Shown here piece by piece: positions 25,480-38,660 of a stretch of DNA of 64,000 nt. The notes beneath the pieces were generated by a model, which did not search any database, had not been told where the DNA came from, and saw only the letters and a program-made list of their open reading frames with translations. Every line of letters begins with the position of its first letter. Position 1 is the stretch's first letter. The DNA lies in contig CDPCPM010000114.1 in NCBI GenBank assembly GCA_976551045.1, positions 620,001-684,000 on the forward strand. Direction: 5' to 3'. Both the position numbers and the translations under genes were made by a program. Source of the stretch: Glaucostegus cemiculus (Eukaryota).

Positions 25480-25985
25480 TATGGTATTGGTATTGGTTTG
25501 TTATTGTCACTTGTAGCAAAGTACAGTGAAAAACTTTTATTGGATACCCATGGTACAGGTGAATTCATTACACAATGTAGTTACATTGAGTTAGTACAGA
25601 GTGCATTGAGGTGGTACAGGTAAAAAACAATTACATTACACAGTCATGTCACAGCTACAAAGAAAGTGCAGTGCAATAAGGTGCAAGGTCACAACAAGTT
25701 AGATTGTGAGGTCATAGTCCACCTCGTTGTATAAGGAAACTGTTCAATAGTCTTATCACAGTGGAGTAGAAGCTGTTCTTAGGTCTGGTGGTACCTGCCC
25801 TCAGGCTCCTGTATCTTCTACCTGATGGAAGACCATAGAAGGGAGAATGACCTGGGTGGGTGGGGTCTTTGATTATGCTGGCCGCTTTGCCAAGGCAGCA
25901 AGAGGTAAAGACATGGTGTCCAAGGAGGGGAGGCTGGTTTCTGCGACGCGCTGGGCGGTGTCTACATCTCTCTGTTATCTTGCGA
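25480..25985 (-). mobile_element. Rex1/Babar-type LINE 3' fragment
   Basis: The minus ORF reads CLGKAASIIKDPTHPGHSPFYGLPSGRRYRSLRAGTTRPKNSFYSTVIRLLN; (caatac)n tail seen as 'ggtattggtattggttt' at ~25483. Confidence 0.9.
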
Positions 25986-26344
25986 AATAAGGCCGAGTGA
26001 TAAACACGTCTGAGTGGTTGAGATGTAATGACGATATTATTTCCAGTTGTCAGAAAGTATTCGAGCATGCCAGGTATTATTTGTACGAATTCGAGAATTC
26101 GTTTCCCCATTTTCGAAATATTTTGACTTAGCAGTTAAATAGGCACACCCCCACGGTATATAGAGGTTTGTGCTACATCTGTCATAACTCGCACTATGTC
26201 CTGCTCCGCCATCGACCGTGCACTCTGACTTGAGGGTAGGGATTTCGGGAGCCAATTTATTTTCAGATCACGCAATGGCCTCGCTTCACTGGATCTCTGT
26301 TGACCCCGTCCAGTTAGACAACCGTTTGAGACACTGGAAAGCGG

Positions 26345-26482
26345 GAAACTGCAAATGCTGGAAATCTAAAATAAGAATAAAATATGCTGGAATCACTCAG
26401 CAGGTCAGACAACATCTGTGGAGTGAGAGAGAAACAGATTTGATGAAGGGTCATCGACCCGAAATTTTAAATCTGTTTCTGC
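26345..26482. mobile_element. Penelope-type inverted terminal-repeat unit with a hammerhead-like motif
   Basis: The antisense half 'tgcaaatgctggaaatctaaaataag...ctcagcaggtcagacaacatctgtgg' is followed by TTGATGA-A-GGGTC-ATC-GACCC-GAAA at 26440-26464, closed by agaaacagatt/aatctgtttct. Confidence 0.8.
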
Positions 26483-26489
26483 CCTTATA

Positions 26490-26700
26490 ATTCTTTGAGA
26501 TACCTGTACTCCACTGGTTATCCACATCCCAGGATTTCATCGCTCCACCACTGGAGTTTGTTCCTTCAACCGCATGAGTCCTGAGCTGCGGAATTCCAAC
26601 GCTGCCCCCACTTTTACTTTATATACCTTTCCTTCATTCTGCCTCTTTCAATGCATTCCTTAAAACATTCCTCTTTGATCAAGCTTTTAGTCACCACTGT
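26490..26700 (+). mobile_element. L2-like LINE 3' remnant
   Basis: 'tcatcgctccaccactgg...ccttcaaccgc...ctgagctgcggaattcc...aaaacattcctctttgatcaagcttttagtcacc'. Confidence 0.6.
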
Positions 26701-29700
26701 AAAGTTATACCACCCGGCCAGTTGCAGATGCTTACATCGGGCCTTTCATTGATTCCTTCCCTGCACCGCAGAGAAACTCTCAAGTTCCCACGAAGTCCGC
26801 TTCCAAAATTTCACGTGTGTAACAAATTCATAACCAACTTATACAAAACAAAATTAAAATGTCAGTTGAAGTGGAGGTTGATGTGTATCTGCGAGAGTAC
26901 TACCTTCGCTTGAAGGCTACATTTTGATCCTGGTTCATCCCTGGGAAACGTTACGGGAGAATTAAAAAAAAACGTTGAACCAGTTTAAACAGCGTAAGTA
27001 AGTCATTGCAGAGCATTTGAATATAAATTTGAGCATGCAGCGGTTATTTTGCAGGTTTCATAATGTCTTGTACCAAACTGAGTGAGTACACTGTGTACAT
27101 ATGTATTTGAATTTTGTATACCATGGTTTCAGTACGTGTGCCTATATTTTGTCTTTGCAAAATCTACGATGCAAAACGCACTGCCACTGTGGAGTAACAT
27201 TTGGTTCGCTTTTCGAGCAGCAAATAACTTCCCATCCAGTTACCGTCACAGGATTCCAGCCGGCAGTTTTATATCCAAACAGGACCTAGTCTGTTGCTGA
27301 AATCAAAACCTCACGAGCTTTGTCCGACAGAATTAATGGGATATATCCAATTAAAATGAAAAAGTCAGATTGGTTAAGACTTCCACTATAGCTATCATAT
27401 TGATTTGTAAAGCGACTGGAGACATTTTAATTAAGTTCCAAAATGCGCTGCGCTACTTTCGACAATTTTACCCGGCAGTAGTGACCAAACTTATTTAACA
27501 TTCACCTTTGGCCTGGTGCTTACGAGAATTTAAAAGTAAACTAAATGCCATTTATCCATTTGTAAAGGCGAATGTAACAAACAATTGTGTAAATTGCCGA
27601 ATTATATAAAATAAACAATTAGGATTGACCAAGAGCCGTCATTGATAAATAGCGCCATGATTGAATATAAACTACGCGGCATTAAGATTAAAAAGATCAT
27701 TGCATAAATACTGTTATACAACAGGGAAACTGGTCCTTGGTCCGCAGTGTCCGTGTCGAGCATCAAGTACTCTCTGTACTAATCCCTCTTCCCAGCATTC
27801 GGCCCGGAGCCTTCTATGCCGTGGCATTTCAAGTGCTTTTCTAAATACTTAACACATGTACATACAATCCATGTTTAAAATGCTTATCTTGGAATTCCAA
27901 AACTGAGATTTCCGATCCGCTTTTATACTTTTGGGGTCTCATTTTTTACTGTTCATTCGTAATTTCAATCACAGTTCCTTTTTGGTAGTGCTTAAAAGAA
28001 ATGGTGCTAATGGTACCAAGTATTTTGATGTATATTCCTTTGTTGGTTCAGACTAGTCCTCTTGGAGGAGAGGCTCATTTACCGACCTATTTAGCTGGTA
28101 AACCAGATGTATGGAGAGGCTGATAAACTTTAAAAAATACCAATTACTTATAAATAGCCTAGATGATTTTAACCTAAAGAACTGCACAGGCACTTTCAGG
28201 TTGTGTTGCAGAGTGCATCAAAAATCTTCCTTAAAACTTAAATATTTAAGTATTTCAGAGGCATGGACTTATGCAAATGCTAATTCATTTGGTTGATGGT
28301 TTAATTTTTCCTCTTATTTATTTGCTTTACATTCGTTGAATGAAATCAAGTTTGACCAGGCTTGGCAAACCTAAAGAGGGCCGTTTTGTCCAAGTTTATT
28401 TTAATTCCAAACAATGTGGCCAAAAAGGACGTTCATTGAAATATCCCATATTTCTGTCTTCCCAGCAAGGCGATTTAGCGAGGCGTTGTTGAGGCCACCG
28501 TGCGGGTATGGTTCTCTCAGCACGAACCATCATGACTTTGCACACTAGCTGTTTGGCGAAACATTAGCTACAACAATGAGGGGGAGGGAGCGGTGCCTCG
28601 CAGCCATAAAGATCTGTGAAGCTCTGATACAAAGAAGTAATAATGTGTTTGTGGGCTGATAGGCAGGGCCTGGTCGAGCTGGTTTCTGCTGATTGATGTT
28701 TCTTCTCTCGCGTTTGCAAATTTCTGGGTTGTTTGGATATGTCAAGCGAGATTTCGCAGGTGCCGGAGGGAAAGGGGGGTGGGGAGAATGATGATGCATC
28801 AACGGTGGTGGAAAGTTGGGAAAGGATGGCGCGCTTTTACTCTGAGTCGAGCTGTTTTGAAATAAACTGGTTTCAGTGTGCAGCTGAGCGGAAGGAAGTT
28901 CTGATGTTTCTGAAGCCCGCGTGTTCAAGGACCTCACTCAAGGAGGAACGACTGCTTAAAGGAAAAAGGGGGCGGTTAAAAAGGGTTAGAGAGGTTTCTC
29001 TAAACTCGACAGAGTTACTTCTGCTTTTAAAATGGAACAGAAACTGCTCACCACAGCATACATTCCGGAGTTTTCCATCATTTAAATCCCGCTAAACTAG
29101 GTGTAACTTACTTTTTTTCGCAACTTTAAATAAAGAATGTGATATTTTCATGGATTCGCAGTTGTATGCTGGTCAGCCACTGAACTCCGTGCGGAGGCTG
29201 GACCCGCCATAAGTTCCGTGCCGTCGCTTTATCGGGCGGGGAAAACTAAATACCGGGGATGTGAGAGTGATAAATTGTAAAATGTGTATTTTCCCTCATT
29301 TTCAGAATTTAATTTCTAAATCTCGCGACACAGTTTGTGCATACCTGTTTGTTCTATGGGTGTGTTACGCGTACGATCGCTGGAGGTTTATGTGTGCTGT
29401 GTGTGAGAGAGAGTGGGGGAGGAGTGGTTACATGACGCGACATAAATTACTTATTTTATCCATTTCATATTGCGTTTAAAAGGCCACGGCCAGGCTCACT
29501 CTGATGTAACTTTGAGATGCAGTCCGTTCACCATTAGTCATATTTTAAAATAAGCCCAGTGTCGCTCGAACTTTTTAAACATGCCCTGTACATTTCATTC
29601 CACACATCAGGATGTTACATGTGCTATTTGTTTCCAGGAGGTCCCGATCACCCAAATAACTGCGCGGGCGTGTATGTGTTTTATTTCATCTATTGAACTG

Positions 29701-30558
29701 ACGGCCAAGCAGAGAGAACCTGAAGGTTGTTCAGTAAAAGGCATTGTTGGACGTGTTTTGTTCCTCTCCTTTGGCGGTGCAGCAATGGGGAGGAAATGAG
29801 TTCACGGCCGTTCTGCTGACACAAGCATGTAATGAGAGATGAAGCCGCGATACCGCACTGAGGCGTCTCATTCACCCGCTTTTCGCCTGATCGCTCTGCC
29901 AGGTGTTTCGTGGTCTCGGTTTCAAAATGTTTTGCACATTTGTAATTCTCCCCCATCCGCTTCTTCAGGCTGAACACATTAAACCATATATACCGTTTAC
30001 ATGGCTACAGCCTACGTGTATACAACGGCGACATTGTGAGCGTGTCCTCATTCTCTAGATTGATGTAAGATGGTTGATTGATGTGCTCAATACGCAACCT
30101 GAATTTTTAAAGGGCACTCGGCATTTCCATCCGACTTCATGTGGGTTCGCGTTGAAGTCTTTGAAGTACGGTGATTGGTTAAATTTGGTAAACATTTGCT
30201 ATTGAACATTTACTTTCTGTTTTGCTGCTGAATGTGTTCTGTACTACCAACGCGTAAGAATTTCCAGTCGTTGGTGGATTTATCCGATAGGAGTCGGTCA
30301 GTTCTGAATTAATCAAACAGCTTTCGGGTAGTTAAATACGGAAACATGTAAGAAAATTGAACATTTACCAATCAAAGCTTGATCATTTGCTGTAAATATT
30401 TTCTTCCAGACGTTGATTTATTTATCGCAGTGGTTTAATTATGGCGCTGTGCAAAATTGAGCTTCTTTTGTAAGCGTGAGAATGCCTTGCGGCAGTGATT
30501 TTGTGTTGATTGCCTATTATCACGGATAGACTGGCAGTTGTTGATTGACGTTTTACAG

Positions 30559-30622
30559 CGTCGAGCTGATACTGGGCTCATTCCGAACAGCAATTCAAAG
30601 GACAGGGACATGGGCACACCGG
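30559..30622 (+). other. Candidate 64-nt exon containing a possible start codon (MGTP, phase 1)
   Basis: Acceptor 'ttgacgttttacAG' at 30557-30558; ATG in GACATGG context at 30610; donor CGG|GTAAGG at 30623. No homology recognised. Confidence 0.3.
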
Positions 30623-31799
30623 GTAAGGGCAAACTACTTATAAAATTGCCCTCTTTCATTCCAGTGGCTACATTCTTTCAGGGAGTTGCTGAATCTCTTG
30701 TTCCAAGAATGCCTCCTCCAATCATTAAAATCAAAGTAAACATGCGTTCAGTAACTTTAATACATAAGCAACTTACTTCCATTCATCAACTTTTTTGTTG
30801 ATGTACAGTGTAGTAAAGATATTTGTGAATGTAATTACTTGTTCTATATTGTAATTTCAGTTGTTATTTCACATGCTTTCGATTTAAATCAGTCAATCGA
30901 AAAATTGCAATATCTCGATATATCCAGTTTACCACATCAGAAGTCAACCTTAGTTTGATCATTATGTCAGGAATAAAGCAATAGATGAACGCATCTTTGT
31001 TATTTATAACGTGTGTTATCCGACAAATTATAGCGGAAGGCTATGAACATCCAATCCTGGTCTAAATTTTTACACAGGTGGAAACTTCTTGCCTGTATTA
31101 TTTTCATATTACAGATTGATTTCACTAATTTGAATTTTCACTGTTATCTTTTTGGTGGGGATACTGTTTGAGAAATATATATTGTATCGGAATACAACGG
31201 ACACAGGTTAAGAGCCATTGACATTTAATGGTTTCCAGAATCCACGGTAGTGCAGGGAACCTGGACACGTTTATTTTTGTATTTCTTTTCCTTGCACGCA
31301 TATCCTTTGAACCGTCATTTCTAACTGCGGTAATTAAAACGGTGTCGGAAATTCTGTTCCTATCTACTACGTCAAGGTATATGTTTTGCTGCGGGGGCGC
31401 GCAAGGAAGTAAATGAAACTGGCACCAGTGATTAGAGCAGTCTGTGAGCGTCTTTGGACTGCATTGTTACAGAAAGCTCTGGACATGAATAATACAAAAG
31501 TGCCTGAAATTTTCAGCCGTAAGATACATATCCGGGTTTTTCAACAACGTATTTATATAGCTGTTTTAATGTTCGCTCAACGTCTGAAGGCGCTTCATGG
31601 GAACATTGTCAAACAAAACTTGGCAGTGAGTCACATGAGCAGGAGTTGATTCACATTAGCAAAAGCTTATCAATGAGAGGTTTTAAAGATCACCTTAAAG
31701 GGGAGATAGAGATGGAGGGCATTTCAGAGCTTGGGGCCTTGACAACTGAAGAGACTGCTGGCAATGGAGTTGTGAGAACCTCAAGGCTGTGCATCAGGA

Positions 31800-32880
31800 G
31801 AGTACACTGAAGCCCTGCCTGGGTGGCAAAAGGAGCATACTGCCTCACATATTACCTACCCACTGCCCTATCAGACACATCCTGCAGTGTCTATGGAAGA
31901 GACTACATTTCCCACATTGACCTCATTCATTAAGAGACTGCTGAAGAAGAAGGCCTAAGGAACCTATGGTGGATGGAAAGACAGCTGAAGGTCCAGCAGT
32001 TGATTGATAACTGAAATTCATGTTCATCAGCACCATTAATGCCATCTCTGACTCTGAAATGCCCACCCTGGAGCGAGTCAAAGGAGGTGAACATATGAAG
32101 AACAAGCAGTTAGTGCTCACTGAAAGGCACACATTAAAGTATTCTTCCATCATTGTTTCTGTCCTTTGTGAGATTCTTGACTCCATAACAACCTATATTT
32201 TTCAGCCTCATTGACACCCTAACTGATGAAAAGTTGAAAAGACTGTATGTCTACTGAAGAACAACTTGGTTTTAAAAGCAGATAATACCCCTTATGAAGC
32301 TTTAAAACTTGGTGGAGAGGAGCTTTGGTCACTAATCCATAATCATATCTTCCAGATCTGGAAGAAGGAGGACATTCCAGGACACCAAAAAGATGGCATA
32401 GTTGTGATAATCTTTAAGGAAGGAGACAAAATCTGATTTTCCCTGCTTCTTGCCTTAAGGAAAGTCATCATTTGGATCTTCCTTAACTGCCTCCTCCCAG
32501 TGGCTGAAGAGCTGCTCCCAGAATTGCAGTATGGATTACATACATTTAGAAGCACAAGCGGCATGATCTCATCATGTAATAACTCCAAGAACAATACAGA
32601 AAGCAGCTTCAACCTTTTAAAGTGTAATATTTTTAAAGTGTAATATTTCCATTGACTAAACAGAATCCCTGCCTCACAACCACTCAAAAAGAAAAAGGAG
32701 CATTCAAGGTGGCATCAAGAGCCGTGATTCCATTAATTGGGAATGCACATAAGTCCAGGCTAAATGGCAGAAAGATTGCGAACTTGGTCCCAGCTGTCTG
32801 CAGGTTCCACATTCATCTCCTCAGAACCCACTGAATTGGAGTCATAGCAAGTCAATATTAACCCTGACAGACTAAGAAGG
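31800..32880 (+). mobile_element. Decayed RTE-clade LINE fragments
   Basis: ~32344-32430 reads HIFQIWKKEDIPGHQKDGIVVIIFKEGDK and ~32482-32538 reads LNCLLPVAEELLPELQYGL (early RTE RT motifs). RTE-type 3' ends lie at ~31880-31940 and ~32790-32880. Confidence 0.7.
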
Positions 32881-33556
32881 GATAAATCTAGAGATGATGG
32901 GGGGAGGTAGATGGAGATGTTTGAGAGGTCATAGTTGGAGGAATGCGAAAAAATGGGTTATGGACATAGAAAATTACTAGGAGCAGAAAGGGTGAGCCTA
33001 TGAAGTGAATAGAAATCAAAAACATATGATCAAACTGTTGATTTAATCAGGAGATAATGTAGTTGAGAAAGCACTAGAATAATGTAAGAATGGGACTTAT
33101 TGTAGGTTAGGACAAAGCACTAGAGTTTTGGATGATGTCAAGTTTAGAGACCAGAGAATGACTAAGGCTGACTAGGTGTGGTGTTGTAAGAGTCAAGTTT
33201 GAGAGTAACAAGGAATTGGATGATAGCTTTAGCAGAAGTGATGTGGAGCAAAATTGTAGATATGGAGATAGGCATTCTTAGTAAAGGAGCTGACATGTGG
33301 CCCAAATATAACACCATAGTTATTACTGATTATGGCATGGTCGGAGCAAATCATGGTATGGAGCAAATCATGGTATGGACCGGTGATTTGGTCCATACTG
33401 GTTCCCAGCAGAGCAATCCAATTAGCCCCATTCCCTTTTACCTTAATAGGTCTGCAACTTATTCTCCCTCACATGCCCATCAACTACCTACACTAACTCC
33501 TGCATCATTGTACAACACTTTCTGAAAAATCTGGTTCAATATCAGATAATTACCAT

Positions 33557-33599
33557 GGAGAGGGAACTGTCACTCCATGTGAGTGACAGTTCCCTCTCC
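33557..33599. repeat. Perfect inverted repeat, 19-bp arms with a 5-nt loop
   Basis: ggagagggaactgtcactc-catgt-gagtgacagttccctctcc. Confidence 0.97.
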
Positions 33600-36500
33600 T
33601 CTTCCCCATCCATTAACTGGCCTCTGCCTTTCTGGGACTGGGAAGACCCAATTTTATGCCATTTAGACCTGGCATCGAATTGGAGGTACTGTTCATTTGA
33701 ATGGATATTCCAGCCTATAGATTAGGAGGAAAAAGTAGCTATTGTTTTCTGACTTCTGTTGTAATTATATTAGTACTTCAATGTTTTTAACTTAATTTTA
33801 AAAATTATTAACAACTTAAAATTTTTAAATGTACTGTCCCTGAGTATAAGAGATATTTAAAACTTACAAACTGCAAAACCAGCATTTAAGTATGCAAAAC
33901 TTGTCTCCTGTCAAAGACTGTCAGAGCAATCCTAGAGCAATGCCACAGCAGTAGGTTGCCTGAGGCCTATTTACTGCTGAGGCTGTGTTAAATATCCCTG
34001 GGTGCTTCCTGGGTGCAAAGAGTCATTTTGCCCAACCCACTACATGCAGCTTAGATGTGTGGAGGCAATAGATCACATCTGGCTCTTTTAGCCCAATAGC
34101 TTCAGCCTATACAATAATAATTTTTGGAAAATTTCTGTTTTTCAATTTTTGGATATCAGTGAAATGGTGTGATAGTTTTGATAATAGTGGACGGATTGAG
34201 AGAGGATGGCAAGGAAAGAGACTGCTTGTCCTTACTGTATTTGTGGAAACTGGCAATGTTTCTGGACGATTTTGCTGAGGGACTGCACATTATGTGACAA
34301 AATGGGTGGCGCTCCAAAAGTAACAATTGATCATGGTAAAAGAAACCATTGCCAGTGTCTCTGTGTTTGGTAAACTAAGAAATTACATTTATTACACAAG
34401 CTAAGTACTCTAACAAGTTAATCTAAATACTTTATTTGAAAACTATTGTTTATACTTGCTTTTTGGAAAAGGGAGAAAATAAAAAAAATTACTTAGTTCA
34501 CACATAAAACTTCAATTTTACAGTTTTAATCTACGATGAAACTTGGCAGAGGATTAATAAAATATTCTATTACACTATTGTTAAATATAAGTATCTTACA
34601 ACATGCAATATAGCAATGGATGTAAGACAAACAGTATAATGGTAATCATTAGTTGTCAGACTACTGTGCTTTGAAAAATAGTATCTTTAATAGGTCATGG
34701 CTAGGATCGCCAGTATCATCGAAATTAAATGTGCTCATTTACCAACCACAGCAACCCATATTTATACTACAAATTGTGCAGCATGTTTAAAGGCTGACAA
34801 ATAATTGAATTAGATAGAAGAGGTGGGTGGATGAGGGAATTATAATAGTAGGCAGAGGTGATGAACATTGGGGAGGGATGATCAGATGTTAAGGAGGAAC
34901 TAGGAGGTATCAAGAGAGTGTGTTGAAGGGGAGACGTTAGGGAAATTAAGACAATTCTGTCAAGCCTGAGTTTAGTGCTTGAATTTTTTTCTTGGTGGGG
35001 TTGGAGATGGGTGCTGGTTGAGGAGTAGGAAAATAGGATATAGTGCAAGAAAAAGTGAGGAACCTTGTGGACTTTGGGGATGAGCAGAGATTCAGGATCA
35101 GTGTTGGGGTTTGTTACTTGTGCTTACTGGTGAAGGAATGTTATATTCCATGTTCATCAGGGAAGACTCACTGCTCACTGGGATGGATCTCTGATACCTT
35201 CCTTGTCACATTCCTGGCCACTTTAGAATGTACAATGCATGTTCATTGGTTCCAACTCATTGGCTGGTATTTGCCTCTTTCGGTTCTGGTCTTTTGCTTA
35301 AATTGGCTGTTGATCATTTCAGTCAGTGAGGGTATATGATCTTTTCAGTTGCTGGGAAGCCAGGGAGAGGGGAGGTCATGTTCATTTGGAGGGGACTGTG
35401 GGGGAGGTTTTGATCTGTTGGTATTTACATCAGGGTAGAAGGAGAAATTGAATATCAGTGGTGTATGCTGATACATTCCTGATCAGAAATTATCAAATTT
35501 CAATTTTTAGTTAGAAGGGGTGTCAAGATTGACTAATTTTCCTCCACATTGGGATATTGATATACATTATCACATTATCCCTCACTGCTCTCTTGCTATG
35601 AAACAGATGGCTTCCAGCAGATTTTTTTTTCCTTTGGGGTCTCCACGCCTTGGCTGCAGCTGATGTTGGGCCACAGTTTTTACGTTTGCATCTCTTTGCA
35701 CCCCACCATTTGACATCTTCAATTTTATAATCTATGGTTTCCATATGTCATGCGGGATTTCTTGAATGTTACTTGACTTGCATTTTTAGTACTAATTTTC
35801 TTACAGTGATGAGAGTTGATATCTAAGGACAAGTGCTGCCTGACATACTTTCTGCTGCACTTAGTAGTATCTGCAAGGTTGTAATCACAGTTTATTTTAG
35901 GAAATGAGGAATTGGGGATTGTTTGGAGTTCCATTTGAGGCATTGAAATAAGGTTATATACTGTCCCATTATTTTCAGGTTGTCACAATGTGTTCACTGC
36001 ATTGCTGTTGTTGTACCTTTTGGTTCTTTGGTTAAGGGTTACATGTAAATAAAATAAATTCTTAGAACATTCCAAAGTGCCTCATGGCTAATGAAGTACT
36101 TTTATGCTAATCATTGATGCAATAAAGGAAAACATGGCAGTCAGTTTGTATGCATGGTCACAAAATGATAACCAATTGTACCTTAAATAATGGGTCAAAA
36201 GTATTCACACAGTTTTTATTGGAAGTATATTGACTGCCATATTGGGTTAAAAACAAAATAAAAGGTGTTCTGTTTCTATGTATGATGTGCTTTGGACCCC
36301 GAGCAAATGAAAATAGAGGAGCAAATGCCTGCTTAAGACCCTCACTACAATATTAATTTGTCTTAAGTTAGGCAGCACCACTGTGTGGGAAAACCAGCCC
36401 ATTAACAAATGAAAATAACTTTCCTGAGTATGAAGCAGAAGTAATTTCCCTGACCCCACAATAAAGGATCCTCTCGCTAATTCTCCCCACCTCTTTCTCA

Positions 36501-36629
36501 ATCCTCCAAGACATCTAACTCCCACTCTACTATCACACTATAATTAGTTCAGAGCCCAAAAATTTGCATTTTTGGCATTGGGTGAGTGCTTACAGTGGAC
36601 CCACTGGAATTTATAGGCCAGTGTGTTTA

Positions 36630-36960
36630 TTGATTCTGGTTGAGGGATAAAATTTGACCAGTCAAGACACTGGGAGAACTCTCCAGCTGTTGTTCAAGTT
36701 ACTCCATTGGGTCTTTTATGTCAGTTTCACATTAATAACTTCTATTGCAAAAAAAAAGTACTAATGACAGAGCAGTATTTTCTCAGTATAGTGCCAGAAT
36801 ATTAGCTTGAACATATTCATCATTATGATGTGGAGTTCACTGACATGGTTGGCATTTATTTGCCTAACATTTCTTTTCTTAGTTGACCTTGTGTTCTAAT
36901 CTACGAGTGATGCCTGAACCTTTGGCCCATTGGTTCAGAGGTGAGGATGCTACTATTAAG
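36630..36960 (-). mobile_element. Decayed DeuSINE/SacSINE-type SINE
   Basis: 'ggttgagggataaaatttgaccag...acactgggagaactctccagctg...ccattgggtcttttatgtc' and '...gaacctttggccc...tcagaggtgaggatgctac' match the recalled family consensus and the copies at 52620-53760 and 53930-54320. Confidence 0.6.
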
Positions 36961-37567
36961 AATAATTAGTTAATGTTAATTAAGAATAAGAATTAAGAAT
37001 AAGATTAAGAATAATACATTTTGGAGAAAAGATTAAGATGACAAAAACTTAAGGGTTAGGGAGTGGAAGTTTTAAGTCTTCAGATGTACAAATCTTTAAT
37101 TGGAGACTGTTAAAGCTATTCTTACAAAATATATGTATGATTTTAAAAATGACATGAATTAAGTATAAAAGTTAATTGCTAATGCTACACCCAGTCAAAA
37201 AATGGGTTAACTCATGCTTAGAAATTTTTTTATCCAGTTTTCAGTGTTGTACTGCAAAATTAATCTTGACACAGTGAAGTTTTAATTGCAGCTTTTTAAA
37301 TTAATACCATCACTAAAAAGCCTTTGGTTATATGGAGAAAACAGAGAAAATGGACATTTAAGGGCAAGACAAAATCACAGTTGTTGGATGTGTTCAAAAT
37401 TATTAAGGGTCTTTTTAAAGTAAATTAAGAAAAAATAATCTCTAGTGGTCAGTGAGTTGGTAACTAGAAGTGATAAATTTAATATCACTGAAAGACTGGA
37501 GAGATTTTGTTATATGCTGATTACATTTGTAATGTCTACCACCAACAGCAAATTGCAGTTTTTGAAA

Positions 37568-38090
37568 AGCAAAAAATTGTGGATGCTGGAAATCTCAAAT
37601 ATAGACATTAAATAGTGGACTTACTCTGCTGATCATGCAGCATGTGTGGAGAGAGGAAGATAGTTAATATTTTGGTTCGATGACCAACAGAACTGGGAAA
37701 AGTATGAAAACAAGACTGGTTTAAGCTACAGAGAACAGGAGAGGTGGAAAGAAGAAATGAAATGGTTGTGATAGGATGGAGAATAAGTTTGTCTAGGTGA
37801 CAAAAATGCCGTTGATGCTGTCCAGGTGAGTGTGATGTATGTCTTTTAATCATAGTTGTTCAGTTTGGAGAAGTGTAGATAGAACGAGATGAACGAGGCC
37901 AGTGAAGAGGTGGGGGTTGGGGGGAGGGGAGGGCAGCGCAATGCTGGAATTGTGAGATGTATGACAGCAGTTGCTGGAAATCTGAAATAAAAGGGAATGC
38001 TGAAAATATTCAGCAAATCAGGTAGCATTTGTGGAGAGAGGAAAAAAAAACAAGTTAATGTTGCAGGTGGATGGCCTTGCATCAGAAATG
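37568..38090 (-). mobile_element. Two tandem Penelope-type terminal repeats flanking a purine-rich spacer
   Basis: 'tgtggatgctggaaatctc...cagcatgtgtggagagagg...gttaatatttttggttcgatgacc' at 37578-37695 and 'gttgctggaaatctgaaataaaa...ggtagcatttgtggagagag...gttaatgttgcaggtggatggccttgcatcagaa' at 37970-38087. Confidence 0.7.
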
Positions 38091-38660
38091 GCTTTGGAAT
38101 TGTTGGCTCAGGGAAACATCTTTTCTGCCTCTGACGTGTTGAGCCCTTTAAGAATTTTATAAATTAAAATGAGATGACATCTTATTCTTTTAAACACCAA
38201 AGAATACAAACCTAGTCTACTTAATCTCTTCAAGTGCAGCAAACCCATTGTCTATGTATTATTGTTGCACTCTTCGGGAAGCATATCCTTGTGTAAGGAG
38301 ACCAGAACTGTAAACAATACTCCAGGTGCAGTCTCATCAAGGACCTATATAGTTGCAGTAGAACTTTTTACTCCTGTCCTCAAATCCTCTCCAGATAAAA
38401 GAGATGTTACTCTTTTAAGATCTGCTAAATATGTTAGCATTTTCTGTCCTTATTTCAAATTACACTTTTTCTTGGTATTATGTTTTATGAAGTTTTACAA
38501 GAAGGATGAAAAAAGGGGAAACATTACACATGCCTCCTAAACATTATCTGGTGCTTACAGCTAAAGTCTTCTGGGATATGATTATCGAAAAAAAGACAGG
38601 TGCAGGCTCACATATGGTGCTGTCTCTTTTCCACATTCAAATAGCCTGCCAATACTTGAA

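Larger units (their letters stand above)
25940..31600. promoter_or_regulatory. CpG-retaining block 3 (largest; promoter/enhancer-like, repeat-poor)
   Basis: Sustained CG content over ~5.6 kb with few recognisable repeats after 26700; GC-richer cores at ~28470-29260 and 29640-29960; donors at 26994 (GTAAGT) and 30623 (GTAAGG). Confidence 0.6.

Noticed and set aside
28545-29095. Overlapping 120-130 aa ORFs on both strands
   Set aside because: Expected in GC-richer promoter-like DNA; alternative start codons and no recognisable homology.
36955-37015. Degenerate (ttaagaataag)n repeat and other microsatellites or homopolymers (poly-C 11774 and 14688, poly-G 40398, tatg 42150)
   Set aside because: Ordinary slippage-derived simple repeats.
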